A DNA stretch of 64,000 nt. Source: Pseudomonadota bacterium (lineage in GTDB: Bacteria > Pseudomonadota > Gammaproteobacteria > Burkholderiales > Burkholderiaceae_C). The position numbers and the translations under genes are program-made. This document shows, piece after piece, positions 48,924-59,679 of this stretch. The notes below the pieces were generated by a model, which ran no database searches, was not told the DNA's origin, and was given only the letters and a program-made list of their open reading frames with translations. The DNA is taken from positions 1-64,000 of the forward strand of contig JAZKHY010000031.1 in the NCBI GenBank assembly GCA_040385105.1. The letters are read 5' to 3'. How positions within the stretch are numbered: the stretch's first letter is position 1; the number at the start of each line of letters is the position of its first letter.

Positions 48924-49702
48924 CTCTTGCGCCGCTTGTAGTGCTTGATGTCGCGCATGCTGCGGCGTTCGCCGCTGTTCTGCACGCCCAGGTAGAACTC
49001 CTTCACGTCGTCATTGGCCAGCAGCTTCTGCGGGGTGTCATCCAGCACGATGCGGCCGCGCTCCATGATGTAGCCGTAGTCGGCCACCGACAGGGCCAGC
49101 TGTGCGTTCTGCTCCACCAGCAACACTGTCAGGCCCCGGCTGTCGCGCAGTTGCCGGATGGCCTGGAAGATCTCGGCAATGATCTGCGGCGCCAGGCCGA
49201 GCGAGGGCTCGTCCAGCAGCAGCAGCCTGGGCTGGCCCATCAGCGCGCGGCCGATGGCAACCATCTGCTGCTGGCCGCCTGACAGGTAGCCCGAAACCCG
49301 GTGCCGGTGGGACTCGATGGCGGGGAACAGCCTGAATATCTGGGCCATGGCTTCTGCCGATTCGCCCGCAGGGCGCGCGTAACCGCCCATGAGCAGGTTT
49401 TCCTCCACCGTCAGCGTGTCAAAAAGCCGGCGCCCCTCCGGCACCTGAACCAGGCCCAGCCTGACGATTTCATGCGGGGCCAGGGCGGCGATCGGCTTGC
49501 CCTCATACGAAATGGCGCCGCCGGTGATCTCGCCTTCTTCCGGGTAAAGCACGCCGCTGATGGCCTTGAGCACGGTGGATTTGCCTGCGCCATTGCTGCC
49601 CAGCAGCGCGACGATGCGGCCCGCGCCGACCTCCAGCGAAACATCGCGCACGGCTTCAACCGCATGGTCGTAGAAGACCTGGAGGTTGGTGATGCTCAGC
49701 AT
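48911..49702 (-). CDS. ABC transporter ATP-binding protein (LivF-like)
   Basis: Start MLSITNLQVFY; Walker A GSNGAGKST. Confidence 0.85.
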   Translation of the reverse strand: MLSITNLQVFYDHAVEAVRDVSLEVGAGRIVALLGSNGAGKSTVLKAISGVLYPEEGEITGGAISYEGKPIAALAPHEIVRLGLVQVPEGRRLFDTLTVEENLLMGGYARPAGESAEAMAQIFRLFPAIESHRHRVSGYLSGGQQQMVAIGRALMGQPRLLLLDEPSLGLAPQIIAEIFQAIRQLRDSRGLTVLLVEQNAQLALSVADYGYIMERGRIVLDDTPQKLLANDDVKEFYLGVQNSGERRSMRDIKHYKRRKRWLS

Positions 49703-49943
49703 GCCTGGTGCCTGCTGGCCCCGTTGCCGGGGTCGGTTGAAGTCATGGTGGTCTCCTGGAATGGGTAAATTATGACCCGTACTCAAAAATATGGAGACCT
49801 ATGGATTTCCCTAACAGGAAGCTCAATTTCTTCGGGACTCAGTAAATTTTCGCTCTGAAAATCGGAAAAAACTGGTGTTTACCCTGTGATGTAGATTTGA
49901 CGATGAGGAGTACATATTGATCCTCTTCAAGACAAATTTGAAA

Positions 49944-50756
49944 ATGACTCAAATACAGGGTTCTGACTCGGCTGCGAGCGGTAACGCTCCCTCGCCGATC
50001 CTGTCCTCGCAGGAGGGGGCGGTGCTGACACTGACGCTCAACCGGCCCGACCGGCTCAATGCGCTGGACAGCCACATGGCTGCGGTATTGCGTGACGAGA
50101 TCGCCCGGGCGGGTGTGAACCCTGCCGTCCGGGTGGTGGTGCTTCGCGGCGCGGGGCGGTCCTTCTGTGCGGGCGGCGATGTCGCCGCCATGCATGCGCA
50201 CCGTGACAACCTGCCCGGGTTCATCGAGGCGACGATCGACCCGTTTCATGAATGCGTGCTGGGGCTGCAGCGCCTGCCCATGCCGGTGGTTGCCTGCGCC
50301 CACGGCGCGCTTGCCGGCGGCGGCTTTTCCCTCGCGATGGCCTGCGACTTTGTGGTGGCTGCGCGCTCCGCGCGGTTTGTGGTCGCATACCCGGCGCTGG
50401 GCGCGCCGGCCGACGGCGGCCTGAGCTTCTTCCTGACGCAACGGCTGGGCCATGCGCGCGGCCTGGAGGCATTGACCACGGGCGGCAGGATCACTGCGGA
50501 CAAGGCGCAGCAGCTGGGCCTTGTCAACCGCGTTGCAGATGATGGGGAACTGCAGCAGCAGACGGACCTGTGGGTGGCCGAGATGCTGGCCTTGCCCGAG
50601 CAGTCCCTGCGCGAGCTCAAGCAGCTCGTGGCGGCCCAGTCATTCGATGCCCTGAAGGCGCACCTGTACCGCGAGAAGGCGGCATTCCTGCGCTGCGCCG
50701 CGACGCCGGACTTTGCCGCGCGTGTTTCGGCTTTTTCAGAGAGGCGGGCGGCCTGA
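49944..50756 (+). CDS. Enoyl-CoA hydratase/isomerase family protein
   Basis: Divergent from the ABC operon; crotonase fold. Confidence 0.8.
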   Translation: MTQIQGSDSAASGNAPSPILSSQEGAVLTLTLNRPDRLNALDSHMAAVLRDEIARAGVNPAVRVVVLRGAGRSFCAGGDVAAMHAHRDNLPGFIEATIDPFHECVLGLQRLPMPVVACAHGALAGGGFSLAMACDFVVAARSARFVVAYPALGAPADGGLSFFLTQRLGHARGLEALTTGGRITADKAQQLGLVNRVADDGELQQQTDLWVAEMLALPEQSLRELKQLVAAQSFDALKAHLYREKAAFLRCAATPDFAARVSAFSERRAA

Positions 50757-50801
50757 AGCCGCGCCCCGCCAGTTTCCAGACAATCCATTCCCGAACCTCA
50801 C

Positions 50802-52001
50802 ATGAACACATCAACCCTTTCCGTTTCCCCCATGCAGCGCTTTGCCGGCCTGTCCAACGACGAGCAGGGCATGCTCGACGACGCTGACCGCTTTGCCAGG
50901 CAGGAGCTTTACCCGCTGTCGCCGCGCATGGACAACGAGGAGTGGTGGCCCGAAGACGCCTTCCGCACCATAGGCAAGACGGGTTACTTCGGCATTACCG
51001 TGCCCGAAACCTATGGCGGCGCCGGACTGGACATGTTCACCAGCGGGTTGGTGCTGCAGGCATTTGCGCGCTGGAACCACGCTCTGGCGCTGAGCTGGGT
51101 GGCACATGAGAACCTGTGCCTCTACAACATTTACCGCAATGCCAACGAAGACCAGCGCAAGCGCTACCTGCCGGGGCTGTGCAGCGGCCAGACCATCGGC
51201 GCGCTGGGCCTGACCGAGCCGGGCGCCGGCTCGGACGCGCTCGGCTCGATGCGCACAACGGCCACGCCAGACGGCGACCACTACCTGCTCAACGGCAGCA
51301 AGATCTACATCACCAACGGCCCGGTGGCGGATGTGCTGCTGGTCTATGCAAAGACCAACCGCGAAAAGGGTGCGAAGGGCATTTCAGCTTTTATCGTGGA
51401 GAAGGACTACCCCGGCTTCAAGGTGGCCCAGAAGCTCACCAAGATGGGCTTTCGTGGCAGCCAGACCGCGGAGCTGGTATTTGAGAACTGCAGGGTTCCT
51501 GCGGCCAACCGCGTCGGCGAGGAAGATACGGGCGTGAAGATCGTCATGAGCGGCCTTGACCTGGAGCGCGCGATGATCTCGCCCATCTGCCTTGGCATTT
51601 CGGAGCGCGCGCTGCAGCTGTCGCTCGAATACGCCCAGACGAGGCAGCAGTTCGGCAAGCCGATTGCCAGCTTCCAGATGATCCAGTCCAAGCTGGCGGA
51701 CATGTTTGTCTGGGTCGAGGCCATGCGCGTCTTCACCTATCAGGCGCTGCGGGCGGCCAATGACCTTGAGGTGGGCGGCGGCGGGCGTGGTGACATCCAC
51801 AAGATCACGGCCGCGTCTGTCATGTTTGCGGCAGAAACCATGAACAAGGTGCTCAATGAGGCCGTGCAGATCCACGGCGGCACCGGTTACATCTGGGAGT
51901 CGGAGGTGAACCGGCTCTACCGCGCCATCAAGCTGCTTGAGATCGGTGCCGGAACGACCGAAGTACGCAAGATCATCATCAGCGGCGAGATGATGCGCTG
52001 A
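50802..52001 (+). CDS. Acyl-CoA dehydrogenase (isovaleryl-CoA dehydrogenase-like)
   Basis: 399 aa ACAD family. Confidence 0.85.
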   Translation: MNTSTLSVSPMQRFAGLSNDEQGMLDDADRFARQELYPLSPRMDNEEWWPEDAFRTIGKTGYFGITVPETYGGAGLDMFTSGLVLQAFARWNHALALSWVAHENLCLYNIYRNANEDQRKRYLPGLCSGQTIGALGLTEPGAGSDALGSMRTTATPDGDHYLLNGSKIYITNGPVADVLLVYAKTNREKGAKGISAFIVEKDYPGFKVAQKLTKMGFRGSQTAELVFENCRVPAANRVGEEDTGVKIVMSGLDLERAMISPICLGISERALQLSLEYAQTRQQFGKPIASFQMIQSKLADMFVWVEAMRVFTYQALRAANDLEVGGGGRGDIHKITAASVMFAAETMNKVLNEAVQIHGGTGYIWESEVNRLYRAIKLLEIGAGTTEVRKIIISGEMMR

Positions 52002-52920
52002 CGGGGGTGGGTTCCGTTCCACCTTTGCGCCGCGCCAGCAACACAATGCCTGTGACCACCAGCAGCGCGCCGGCCACCTGGATGGCCGCGAGCTTCTGCC
52101 CCAGGATGAGCCAGCCCATCACCAGCACCGCAATCGGCTCGATGTTCAGCGCGGCCGCGTTGCGCGCCATGTCCAGCCGGGGCATGAGCACGAACAGGCC
52201 GGAGAACGCGGTGCCATAGAGCAGGGTGAGCAGCGCCAGGCCGAGCCAGCCTGTGGCATCGGCCGGCCAGTGCAGGGCGCCGGGCATCACGCCGGTGAGC
52301 CCGCCCAGCAGTGCAGAGATGCTGACTATGGCCATGGTGGTCATGCTGCGCAGCGAGCCTGCGACCGGCTGGAGCCGGTGTTCCGTGACCCAGAGGGCCA
52401 CTGCGAACAGCACGGACGCCCCCAGCCCGAACATGACGCCCGTCGCCAGCGCAGGCCCCGTCCTGGTGGTGGCGCCCAGTGCCGCTGGCGCGTCCAGCGC
52501 CAATGCCAGCCCCAGCAGGATCAACAGCATGATGGCACCCGCGCGCGCGCCTGGCGCCTTGCCGCCCAGTGCCCATGACAGCAGCGCGTAGAGCGCAGGA
52601 AAGGTGCTGAACGACAGCAGTGCGATGGCCACCGGAATGCGCGCCACGGCCGAGTACAGCAGCACGCTCTGGGCGGCCACCACCAGACCGAGGACAGGCA
52701 GCCAGCGCATGGTGCCGATGGGCGGGCGCAGGCTGATGCCCTGCCATTTCACGATGGCGAGAAGCGCCAGCGCGGTAACGCCCGAGCGCACCACCACCGC
52801 CGTGACCAGGCCCGTGCCATGGTCGAAAGCAATCCGCGCCGCAATGTGGTTGCTGGCAAAGCACACGCCCAGCAGCAGGAGCACGATCAACGCCGTGCGT
52901 TTGGGAAAGGAGGAAGTCAT
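51979..52920 (-). CDS. EamA/DMT-family transporter
   Basis: Start MTSSFPKRTALIVLLLLG; 10 predicted TM helices. Confidence 0.75.
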   Translation of the reverse strand: MTSSFPKRTALIVLLLLGVCFASNHIAARIAFDHGTGLVTAVVVRSGVTALALLAIVKWQGISLRPPIGTMRWLPVLGLVVAAQSVLLYSAVARIPVAIALLSFSTFPALYALLSWALGGKAPGARAGAIMLLILLGLALALDAPAALGATTRTGPALATGVMFGLGASVLFAVALWVTEHRLQPVAGSLRSMTTMAIVSISALLGGLTGVMPGALHWPADATGWLGLALLTLLYGTAFSGLFVLMPRLDMARNAAALNIEPIAVLVMGWLILGQKLAAIQVAGALLVVTGIVLLARRKGGTEPTPVSASSRR

Positions 52921-52979
52921 CCGTTTGAGCCTAACGCAAAGCGGGGCGCGCTGCAGCGGGCCGCCGTGCGCCTGCGAGG

Positions 52980-53486
52980 TCAGGCTTTCGCGCGTTTCAT
53001 GGCTGCAGCCAGCGGCACCTGCGGCTCGAACTTGCTGCGCTTGATGCTGAAGAAGGCCTTCACGTTGCGCACATTGGCATCGCCCGCGAACAGCCGCTGC
53101 GCCAGGGCCAGGTAGTCCGGCATGTCCGTGGCGGCGACCACCAGGATGAAGTCGGGGCCGGGTGACACGCGCCAGCATTGCTGGACCGAGGGGTCTGCTC
53201 CCACCCGCGCCTCAAAGGCGTCCAGGTGTTCCACGCCCTGCCGGTCGAGCGTGATCTCGACGATCGCGCTCAGCCCGTGACCAATGACAGAGGCGAGCCT
53301 GTCGGTGCTGAGGATGGCGATCTGCCGCTCGATCAGCCCGGCATCACGCAGCCGCTTGATGCGCCGCAGGCAAGTGGGTGGTGACACATGAACCGCCTCG
53401 GCCAGTGCCTGGTTGCTCAGCGAGGCGTCCTGCTGGAGCTGCGCCAGCAGCCGGAAGTCTGTTTCGTCTAGCGAGATTTGTTCCAT
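52980..53486 (-). CDS. Lrp/AsnC-family transcriptional regulator
   Basis: HTH LSNQALAEAVHVSPPTCLRRIKRL plus a RAM domain. Confidence 0.85.
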   Translation of the reverse strand: MEQISLDETDFRLLAQLQQDASLSNQALAEAVHVSPPTCLRRIKRLRDAGLIERQIAILSTDRLASVIGHGLSAIVEITLDRQGVEHLDAFEARVGADPSVQQCWRVSPGPDFILVVAATDMPDYLALAQRLFAGDANVRNVKAFFSIKRSKFEPQVPLAAAMKRAKA

Positions 53487-53620
53487 TGAATTCAACTTTT
53501 TGAAATTATTAACTTCTTCAGGAAATTTAGGGAATTAAATTCCATAAATGAACGAATTTCAATCATTAATTTCTCAGTCAGGCGCCTAAAGTCCAGACCA
53601 TTGAATCTAAGGAGCCATTT

Positions 53621-55501
53621 ATGTGCGGCATCGTCGGCGCGGTTTCCACCCGCAACATCGTCCCCATCCTCGTGCAGGGCCTGCAGCGGCTGGAGTACCG
53701 CGGGTACGACTCCTGTGGCGTGGCCGTTCATGCGGGCGGCTTGCAGCGGGCGCGCAGCACCTCGCGCGTGGCCGAACTGCTCGAGCAGGTGAGTGCCGAC
53801 CACATTGAGGGCACCACCGGCATCGCCCACACCCGCTGGGCCACCCATGGCGCGCCGGCGGTGCATAACGCCCATCCGCATTTCAGCCATGGTCCCGGCG
53901 CAGATGCCGCGACGCGGCCCGGGCGGGTGGCGCTGGTGCACAACGGCATCATCGAGAACCATGACGAACTGCGTGCCGCGCTCAGGGCCCGGGGCTATGT
54001 GTTCAACAGCCAGACCGACACCGAAGTCATTGCGCACCTGGTGGACAGCCTCTATGACGGCGACATTTTCGAGGCGGTCAAGGCCGCGGTGGGCCAGCTG
54101 CACGGCGCCTATGCGATCGCGGTGTTCTGCAAGGACGAGCCGCACCGCGTCATCGGCGCGCGCGCTGGCTCGCCGCTCATCCTCGGCGTGGGCCAGGACG
54201 GAGAGAACTTCCTGGCCAGCGACGCCATGGCGCTTGCCGGCGTGACCAGCCAGATCGTCTACCTGGAAGAAGGCGACGTCGTTGACCTGCAGCTGGGCAA
54301 GTACTGGATCGTCGACAAGGCCCACAAGGCAGTCGGCGCGCAGCAGCGGCCGGTGAAAACCGTGCACGCGCACAGCGGCGCGGCCGAGCTCGGCCCGTAT
54401 CGCCACTACATGCAGAAGGAAATCTTCGAGCAGCCGCGCGCCATCGGCGACACGCTGGAAGGCCTGGAGGGCATCGTGCCGGAGCTCTTCGAGGCGTCTG
54501 GCAACCACCGCGCGGGCGAAGGCGCGCATACGGTGTTCAGGGAGATCGACTCGGTGCTCATCCTGGCCTGCGGCACCAGCTACTACAGCGGCTGCGCCGC
54601 GAAGTTCTGGCTCGAGGGCATCGCGAAAATCCCCACGCAGGTGGAGATCGCCAGCGAATACCGTTACCGCGAGTCCGTGCCCAACCCGAAGACGCTGGTG
54701 GTCACCATCACCCAGTCAGGTGAGACGGCCGACACGCTGGCCGCGCTGCGCCATGCGCAGGGCCTTGGCATGAAGCACACCCTGACCATCTGCAATGTGG
54801 CCACGAGCGCCATGGTGCGCGAATGCAGCCTGGCCTACATCACCCGGGCCGGCGTGGAGATTGGCGTTGCATCGACCAAGGCCTTCACGACGCAGCTGGC
54901 GGGCCTGTTCCTGCTGACGCTGGCGCTGGCCCAGGCCAAGGGCCGGCTCAGCGACCAGGAAGAGGCCGCGCACTTGAAGGCCATGCGCCACCTGCCTGCC
55001 GCGCTGCAGGCCGTGCTGGCGCTGGAGCCGCAGGTGATCAGCTGGGCCGAGGACTTCGCGAAGATGGAGAACGCGCTGTTCCTTGGGCGCGGCCTGCACT
55101 ACCCGATCGCGCTGGAAGGCGCGCTGAAGCTCAAGGAGATCACCTACATCCATGCCGAGGCCTATGCCGCCGGCGAGCTCAAGCACGGCCCGCTGGCGCT
55201 CGTGACCAGTGCGATGCCGGTGGTCACGGTGGCGCCCAATGACACGCTGCTGGAAAAGCTCAAGAGCAACATGCAGGAAGTGCGCGCGCGCGGCGGCGTG
55301 CTGTATGTGCTGGCCGATGCCGACACCCGCATCGAGAGCGAGGAGGGCATCCACGTCATCCGCATGCCCGAGCACTACGGCCCGCTCAGCCCGATGCTGC
55401 ATGTGGTGCCGCTGCAGCTGCTGGCGTATCACACAGCAGTCGCACGTGGCACCGATGTGGATAAACCGCGCAATCTTGCAAAGAGTGTGACCGTCGAATG
55501 A
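53621..55501 (+). CDS. glmS: Glutamine--fructose-6-phosphate aminotransferase GlmS
   Basis: MCGIVGAV N-terminal nucleophile and tandem SIS domains. Confidence 0.93.
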   Translation: MCGIVGAVSTRNIVPILVQGLQRLEYRGYDSCGVAVHAGGLQRARSTSRVAELLEQVSADHIEGTTGIAHTRWATHGAPAVHNAHPHFSHGPGADAATRPGRVALVHNGIIENHDELRAALRARGYVFNSQTDTEVIAHLVDSLYDGDIFEAVKAAVGQLHGAYAIAVFCKDEPHRVIGARAGSPLILGVGQDGENFLASDAMALAGVTSQIVYLEEGDVVDLQLGKYWIVDKAHKAVGAQQRPVKTVHAHSGAAELGPYRHYMQKEIFEQPRAIGDTLEGLEGIVPELFEASGNHRAGEGAHTVFREIDSVLILACGTSYYSGCAAKFWLEGIAKIPTQVEIASEYRYRESVPNPKTLVVTITQSGETADTLAALRHAQGLGMKHTLTICNVATSAMVRECSLAYITRAGVEIGVASTKAFTTQLAGLFLLTLALAQAKGRLSDQEEAAHLKAMRHLPAALQAVLALEPQVISWAEDFAKMENALFLGRGLHYPIALEGALKLKEITYIHAEAYAAGELKHGPLALVTSAMPVVTVAPNDTLLEKLKSNMQEVRARGGVLYVLADADTRIESEEGIHVIRMPEHYGPLSPMLHVVPLQLLAYHTAVARGTDVDKPRNLAKSVTVE

Positions 55502-55527
55502 CGGTCAGCGCGCGCAGCGGACAAGCC

Positions 55528-55565
55528 AAAGCCCCCTGACCAGGTTGTCCCGGTCAGAGGGCTTT
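55528..55565. terminator. Bidirectional intrinsic terminator between glmS and the DUF4148 gene
   Basis: AAAGCCCCCTGACC-loop-GGTCAGAGGGCTTT. Confidence 0.6.
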
Positions 55566-55609
55566 GTGATTCAGGAGGCGCGGTGGGCGCCTGTGAATTC
55601 AGCCGTGGC

Positions 55610-55888
55610 TCAGACTTCGCCGACGGTGGCGTAGGCGCGTGCAGCCTGGCGGCCTTCGTCGCGCACGGCAGCGGTGTCACGCACTGCGCTGGACTTGGCT
55701 TCGACGGCGAACTGGCCGACTTCGCCGGTTTGCGGCAGGGCGTCGCTCTTCACGGCGTTGATGACTTCGGCACGCACTTCAGCGCGGGTTGCGGCGCCGG
55801 GTGTGTACACGGGGCCAAAGCTGGCGGGTTCGCCTGCGAAAGCTGCACCGGCGGCGAGGATGAGGGAGGCGAGGGCGATTTTCTTCAT
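55610..55888 (-). CDS. Small secreted protein (DUF4148-like)
   Basis: MKKIALASLILAAGAAFA signal peptide; 92 aa. Confidence 0.6.
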   Translation of the reverse strand: MKKIALASLILAAGAAFAGEPASFGPVYTPGAATRAEVRAEVINAVKSDALPQTGEVGQFAVEAKSSAVRDTAAVRDEGRQAARAYATVGEV

Positions 55889-56061
55889 GATGGTCTTTCA
55901 GTTGGTTAAGGTTGGTTGGTCAGTTTGCTGGCCTTGTTATCGGCGGCGAATCTGTCGTCGATGGATGTAATGTCCGGGAATGCGCCTTTTGCGAAAACCC
56001 GGATGCGACGAAGTGCAGGATCCGCGGCGTGAACTGCAGCCGGCGGCTACCGGGCTGCGGC

Positions 56062-57033
56062 TCAGTAGGTGTCCTTGTTCACTGTCAGGCGGCCGATGAC
56101 GAGGCTGCGCAGGTCCGGCGTGTAGTGGTCCGAGCCGCTGGACAGGCTCCAGGTGTAGCCGGTGATCTTGCCGGTGCTGTCGGTGTACAGGCGGATCTTG
56201 CCGATGCCGGCGCCCGTGCGCTCCGTGCCGTCGGCGTCGCGGCGCGTGTCGCCATTGCCATGGGGCGACGCGGTGGAGTCGACGATTTCAACTTCGTACT
56301 GCGTCGTGCCGGCGACCACCGGGCTGGTGGCGGTGCGCAGCACGGGTGCGTTCTTCACGATCATCATGTGGCCGGTGCCGGACGAGGTGTCGTCAAGGTA
56401 CTTGATGGCGATGATCTGGTTGCGCGCAACGTCGGCGATCTGGGTGATGCGCGTGAAGTGCTTTCCGGCAACGATGGCATCGTGGTAGCGCGCGGAGGTG
56501 GGCTTGGTGGCACCCAGCCAGGTCTTGATGTTGTCGGAGGTGAAGCCGTACACATGCTGGATCAGCAGCGTGACGAAGCCGCTGCAGTCCGAGTGGTTCT
56601 CGTATTTGGTGGCGCCGTCATACCCCTCAAAGCGCACCCACATCGGGCTGTGGCTGTAGACGTTGTCTTCCGGCGCCACGTTGTGCACGAGGTGGTTGGC
56701 CCAGCCATAGACCGTCTTGGCGAATCCGGTGACGATTTCCACTGCATCGTTGGGTGTGCCGGGACGCTGGTAAACCCGCGTCGGGTTGGTCACGCGAACG
56801 AGCGCATGCATTTCGCCGTCCACCGGCAGGCCAAACGGTGCGTCCAGCGACAGCGGGACTTCTTCGGTGTCGCGCATCACGTCGCGCCCGCCGGTGGCGG
56901 CGGGTTGCTCCGTGGCGGCCGCAGCGGGAGCATCGCCGCCGCCGCAGGCGGACAGCAGCAGGGTGAACGCGATCAGCGTGACGGCGCCAAGAATTGACAT
57001 GGCGTTGAAGTAGGAGAGTTTTCTCATGATCAT
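56062..57033 (-). CDS. Lipoprotein with an NlpC/P60-like catalytic motif (putative cell-wall or peptide hydrolase)
   Basis: Lipobox LLLSAC; DCSGFV Cys motif, with His candidates downstream (GHMMIV). Confidence 0.5.
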   Translation of the reverse strand: MIMRKLSYFNAMSILGAVTLIAFTLLLSACGGGDAPAAAATEQPAATGGRDVMRDTEEVPLSLDAPFGLPVDGEMHALVRVTNPTRVYQRPGTPNDAVEIVTGFAKTVYGWANHLVHNVAPEDNVYSHSPMWVRFEGYDGATKYENHSDCSGFVTLLIQHVYGFTSDNIKTWLGATKPTSARYHDAIVAGKHFTRITQIADVARNQIIAIKYLDDTSSGTGHMMIVKNAPVLRTATSPVVAGTTQYEVEIVDSTASPHGNGDTRRDADGTERTGAGIGKIRLYTDSTGKITGYTWSLSSGSDHYTPDLRSLVIGRLTVNKDTY

Positions 57034-57188
57034 TTTTGACGGTTGTGCATGGAGGATTGAAGGAAGGCCGGAGATGCCGGCATGGCAGCGCAGTGTCTCC
57101 AGCGCGCGTCCCCTCGCCGTCCTGCGCTGCGGGGGACGCGCAAGCGACGTGCGGCGGCGAGACTCGCGTCCTTTTGGAGATTCCTGAT

Positions 57189-59543
57189 ATGCGCCCCGAT
57201 GAATCGGCCCTGAAGTTGCTCGGCTGCGCCGTGCTGGTTGCGGCAAGCCTTGCCGCCTGTGGCGGTGGTGGCTCCGGCGATGGCGCCGCCCCCGCCGTTC
57301 CCGGTGCGGGGGCACCTGCCGCACCGGGTGAGCCAGTGCTGCCCGGGGACCCCGGCAGCCCGCCGGGCGCAGAGCCCGGCCCGCCGGCCGGCCCCGATGC
57401 GCCGCCGCCCGGGCCCGTCCTGCCCGCCCATGCGACCTCCATCCTGTTCGTGACGCAGGCGCCCGTGGGCGGCGACACGTTCATGAAGATCACGTCCACC
57501 TTCGGCCACCACCTGCCCACGGTGGATGCGGTGCCGCGCGGGGGCGACCTGTGGGTGGCCTACCGCGACACGGCCGGCGCGCCCGAGTTGCGCAACCTCA
57601 CGGCCGAGGCCGGCTTCGGCATGAGCGGCGGCGTGCCGCTGGAAAACCAGGCGGGTGCCAACGCCATCGCCGTGCGCGAACCCTCGGTCCACCCTTCGGG
57701 CGCGAAGGCGCTGGTCAGCATCGTGGTGGGCACGGGCGCCACCTCGCGCTGGCAGGTCTATGAAGTCACGGGCCTGCGCCGCGGCGAGGCGGTGCAGTTC
57801 ACCCGCCTGAACCAGCCGGCGGGCTACAACAACATCAGCCCGGTGTATGCCAGCAACGGGCACATCATTTTCTCCAGCGACATCCCGCGCCCCGGCCCCC
57901 AGGCGCAGTTCGCGCACCTGGCGCCGCAGCTCGACGAATACGAGGAGCAGCCCACCGTCAGCGGCATCTGGAAGCTCGACCCGGCAACCGGCGCGGTGAC
58001 GCTGCTGCACCATGCGCCCAGCGGCGCCTTCAGGCCGGTGGTCGATTCATTCGGCCGCGTGGTGTTCACCAACTGGGACCACCTGCAGCGCGACCAGCAG
58101 GTCGGCGACCCGTTCTACGGCCTGTTCAACTTCCGCGACGAGAGCGCGGGCGCCGTGATGGAGCCGATCGACGGCGGTGCCGGCACGACGCTGGTCCGCG
58201 AGGTGTTCCCCGAGCCGCGCTTCAACCCCGCCGCGGGCTTTGGCATCCACCGCTTCAACATGTTCCTGCCCTGGATGATCAACCAGGACGGCACCGGCGC
58301 CGAGACGCTGAACCATGTGGGCCGGCACGAGCTGGGCATCTTCGCCGAGCCCACCATCCTCAACGCGGGCCTGAGCGCCACCGAAGGCGCCTCGGGCGTG
58401 AACGCCGGGCTGGTCGGGCAGGGCCTGAAATTCGACTCCGCGCATTTCATCAAGGAGAACCCGCTGGTGCCGGGCGACTACTTCGCCGTGTCTGCGCCCG
58501 AGTTCGGCACGCATGGCGGTGGCATGGTCTACCGCATCAAGGGCGGGCCCGACGTGGCGCCGCAGGCCATGGCCATCTCGCTGGTGACGGACGCATCAAG
58601 CGCCGGCAACGGCGGGCCGGCCCTGTACCGCTCGCCTCTGCCGCTGCGCGATGGCGGCGTGATGGCCAGCGCCAGCTTTGTCACGGTGGCGCCCGGTGCG
58701 GGAACGCCGGCGTATGAGTACCGCCTGCACAGGCTCACCGCCTCGGGCGCAGTCCTGAAGGCCGATGGGGGAACGTACTTCACCACGGGGCTGCGCAAGC
58801 GCCTGGCCGCCGGCGGGCCGCTGGTCACGCTGTGGGAGTGGGATGCGGTCGAGCTGCCGCCCGCGCCCGTGGCTGCGGCGCCCGCACCCGGCGCGCACAG
58901 CCTGGAGCAACCCGAGCTTGATGCGTTCACCGAAGCGGGTGTGCAGGTCGATGCGATCAAGACCTTCCTGCGCAACAACCAGCTCGCGCTGATCGTGAGC
59001 CGCGACGTGACCTCGCGCGACGGCTTTGACCGCCAGCAGCCGTTCAACCTGCGCGTCAAGGGCACGGCCAAGCAGAGCGTCAGGCCCGGCTCGACCGCGA
59101 CGCTGTTCGACATCGACCACCTGCAGCTGTTCCAGGCCGACCAGCTGCGTGGCATCAAGAACGATGCCGCGCGCGGCCGCCGCGTCATGGCGCAGCCCAT
59201 GAGCGGTGCAAAAGTGGGCGCGGTGCAGGCCAACCCTGCGGCGCCCGGCGGCCCCGCCGGCTCGGTGAAGATCGCGCCCGACGGCTCGATGGCGGCCTTC
59301 GTGCCGGCCAACCGCGCGATGACCTGGCAGCTTGTGAACGCAGGCCAGGGCGACGGCGTTGCAGGCACGGACGGTGTTGTGCGCGAGCGGTTCTGGCTGT
59401 CGTTCCAGCCCGGCGAAGTGCGTGTGTGCGTGAACTGCCACGGCACCAGCGACAAGGACCAGACCGGGAAGTTCGTGCCCTTGAACCGCCCGCAGGCCCT
59501 GCGTGACCTGCTGCTGCATTACAAGAGCAGCTTCGCACCTTGA
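57189..59543 (+). CDS. Large lipoprotein: Pro-rich linker, TolB-like beta-propeller repeats, C-terminal CXXCH (candidate c-type heme site)
   Basis: LAACGGGGSGDG lipobox, Pro/Gly-rich linker, and RVCVNCHGT 25 residues from the C-terminus. Confidence 0.5.
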   Translation: MRPDESALKLLGCAVLVAASLAACGGGGSGDGAAPAVPGAGAPAAPGEPVLPGDPGSPPGAEPGPPAGPDAPPPGPVLPAHATSILFVTQAPVGGDTFMKITSTFGHHLPTVDAVPRGGDLWVAYRDTAGAPELRNLTAEAGFGMSGGVPLENQAGANAIAVREPSVHPSGAKALVSIVVGTGATSRWQVYEVTGLRRGEAVQFTRLNQPAGYNNISPVYASNGHIIFSSDIPRPGPQAQFAHLAPQLDEYEEQPTVSGIWKLDPATGAVTLLHHAPSGAFRPVVDSFGRVVFTNWDHLQRDQQVGDPFYGLFNFRDESAGAVMEPIDGGAGTTLVREVFPEPRFNPAAGFGIHRFNMFLPWMINQDGTGAETLNHVGRHELGIFAEPTILNAGLSATEGASGVNAGLVGQGLKFDSAHFIKENPLVPGDYFAVSAPEFGTHGGGMVYRIKGGPDVAPQAMAISLVTDASSAGNGGPALYRSPLPLRDGGVMASASFVTVAPGAGTPAYEYRLHRLTASGAVLKADGGTYFTTGLRKRLAAGGPLVTLWEWDAVELPPAPVAAAPAPGAHSLEQPELDAFTEAGVQVDAIKTFLRNNQLALIVSRDVTSRDGFDRQQPFNLRVKGTAKQSVRPGSTATLFDIDHLQLFQADQLRGIKNDAARGRRVMAQPMSGAKVGAVQANPAAPGGPAGSVKIAPDGSMAAFVPANRAMTWQLVNAGQGDGVAGTDGVVRERFWLSFQPGEVRVCVNCHGTSDKDQTGKFVPLNRPQALRDLLLHYKSSFAP

Positions 59544-59679
59544 CCCTGACCGCGCACGATCCGGTAACAGGAAGTACGTCCGTGTAACCGACTAACCGCG
59601 GTGCGGGTGAGTCCCAAAATCATTCGCTATTCACGGACAGCACAGGTTCCTAGACTCCGCGCAAAGGAGTGAGGAACAC

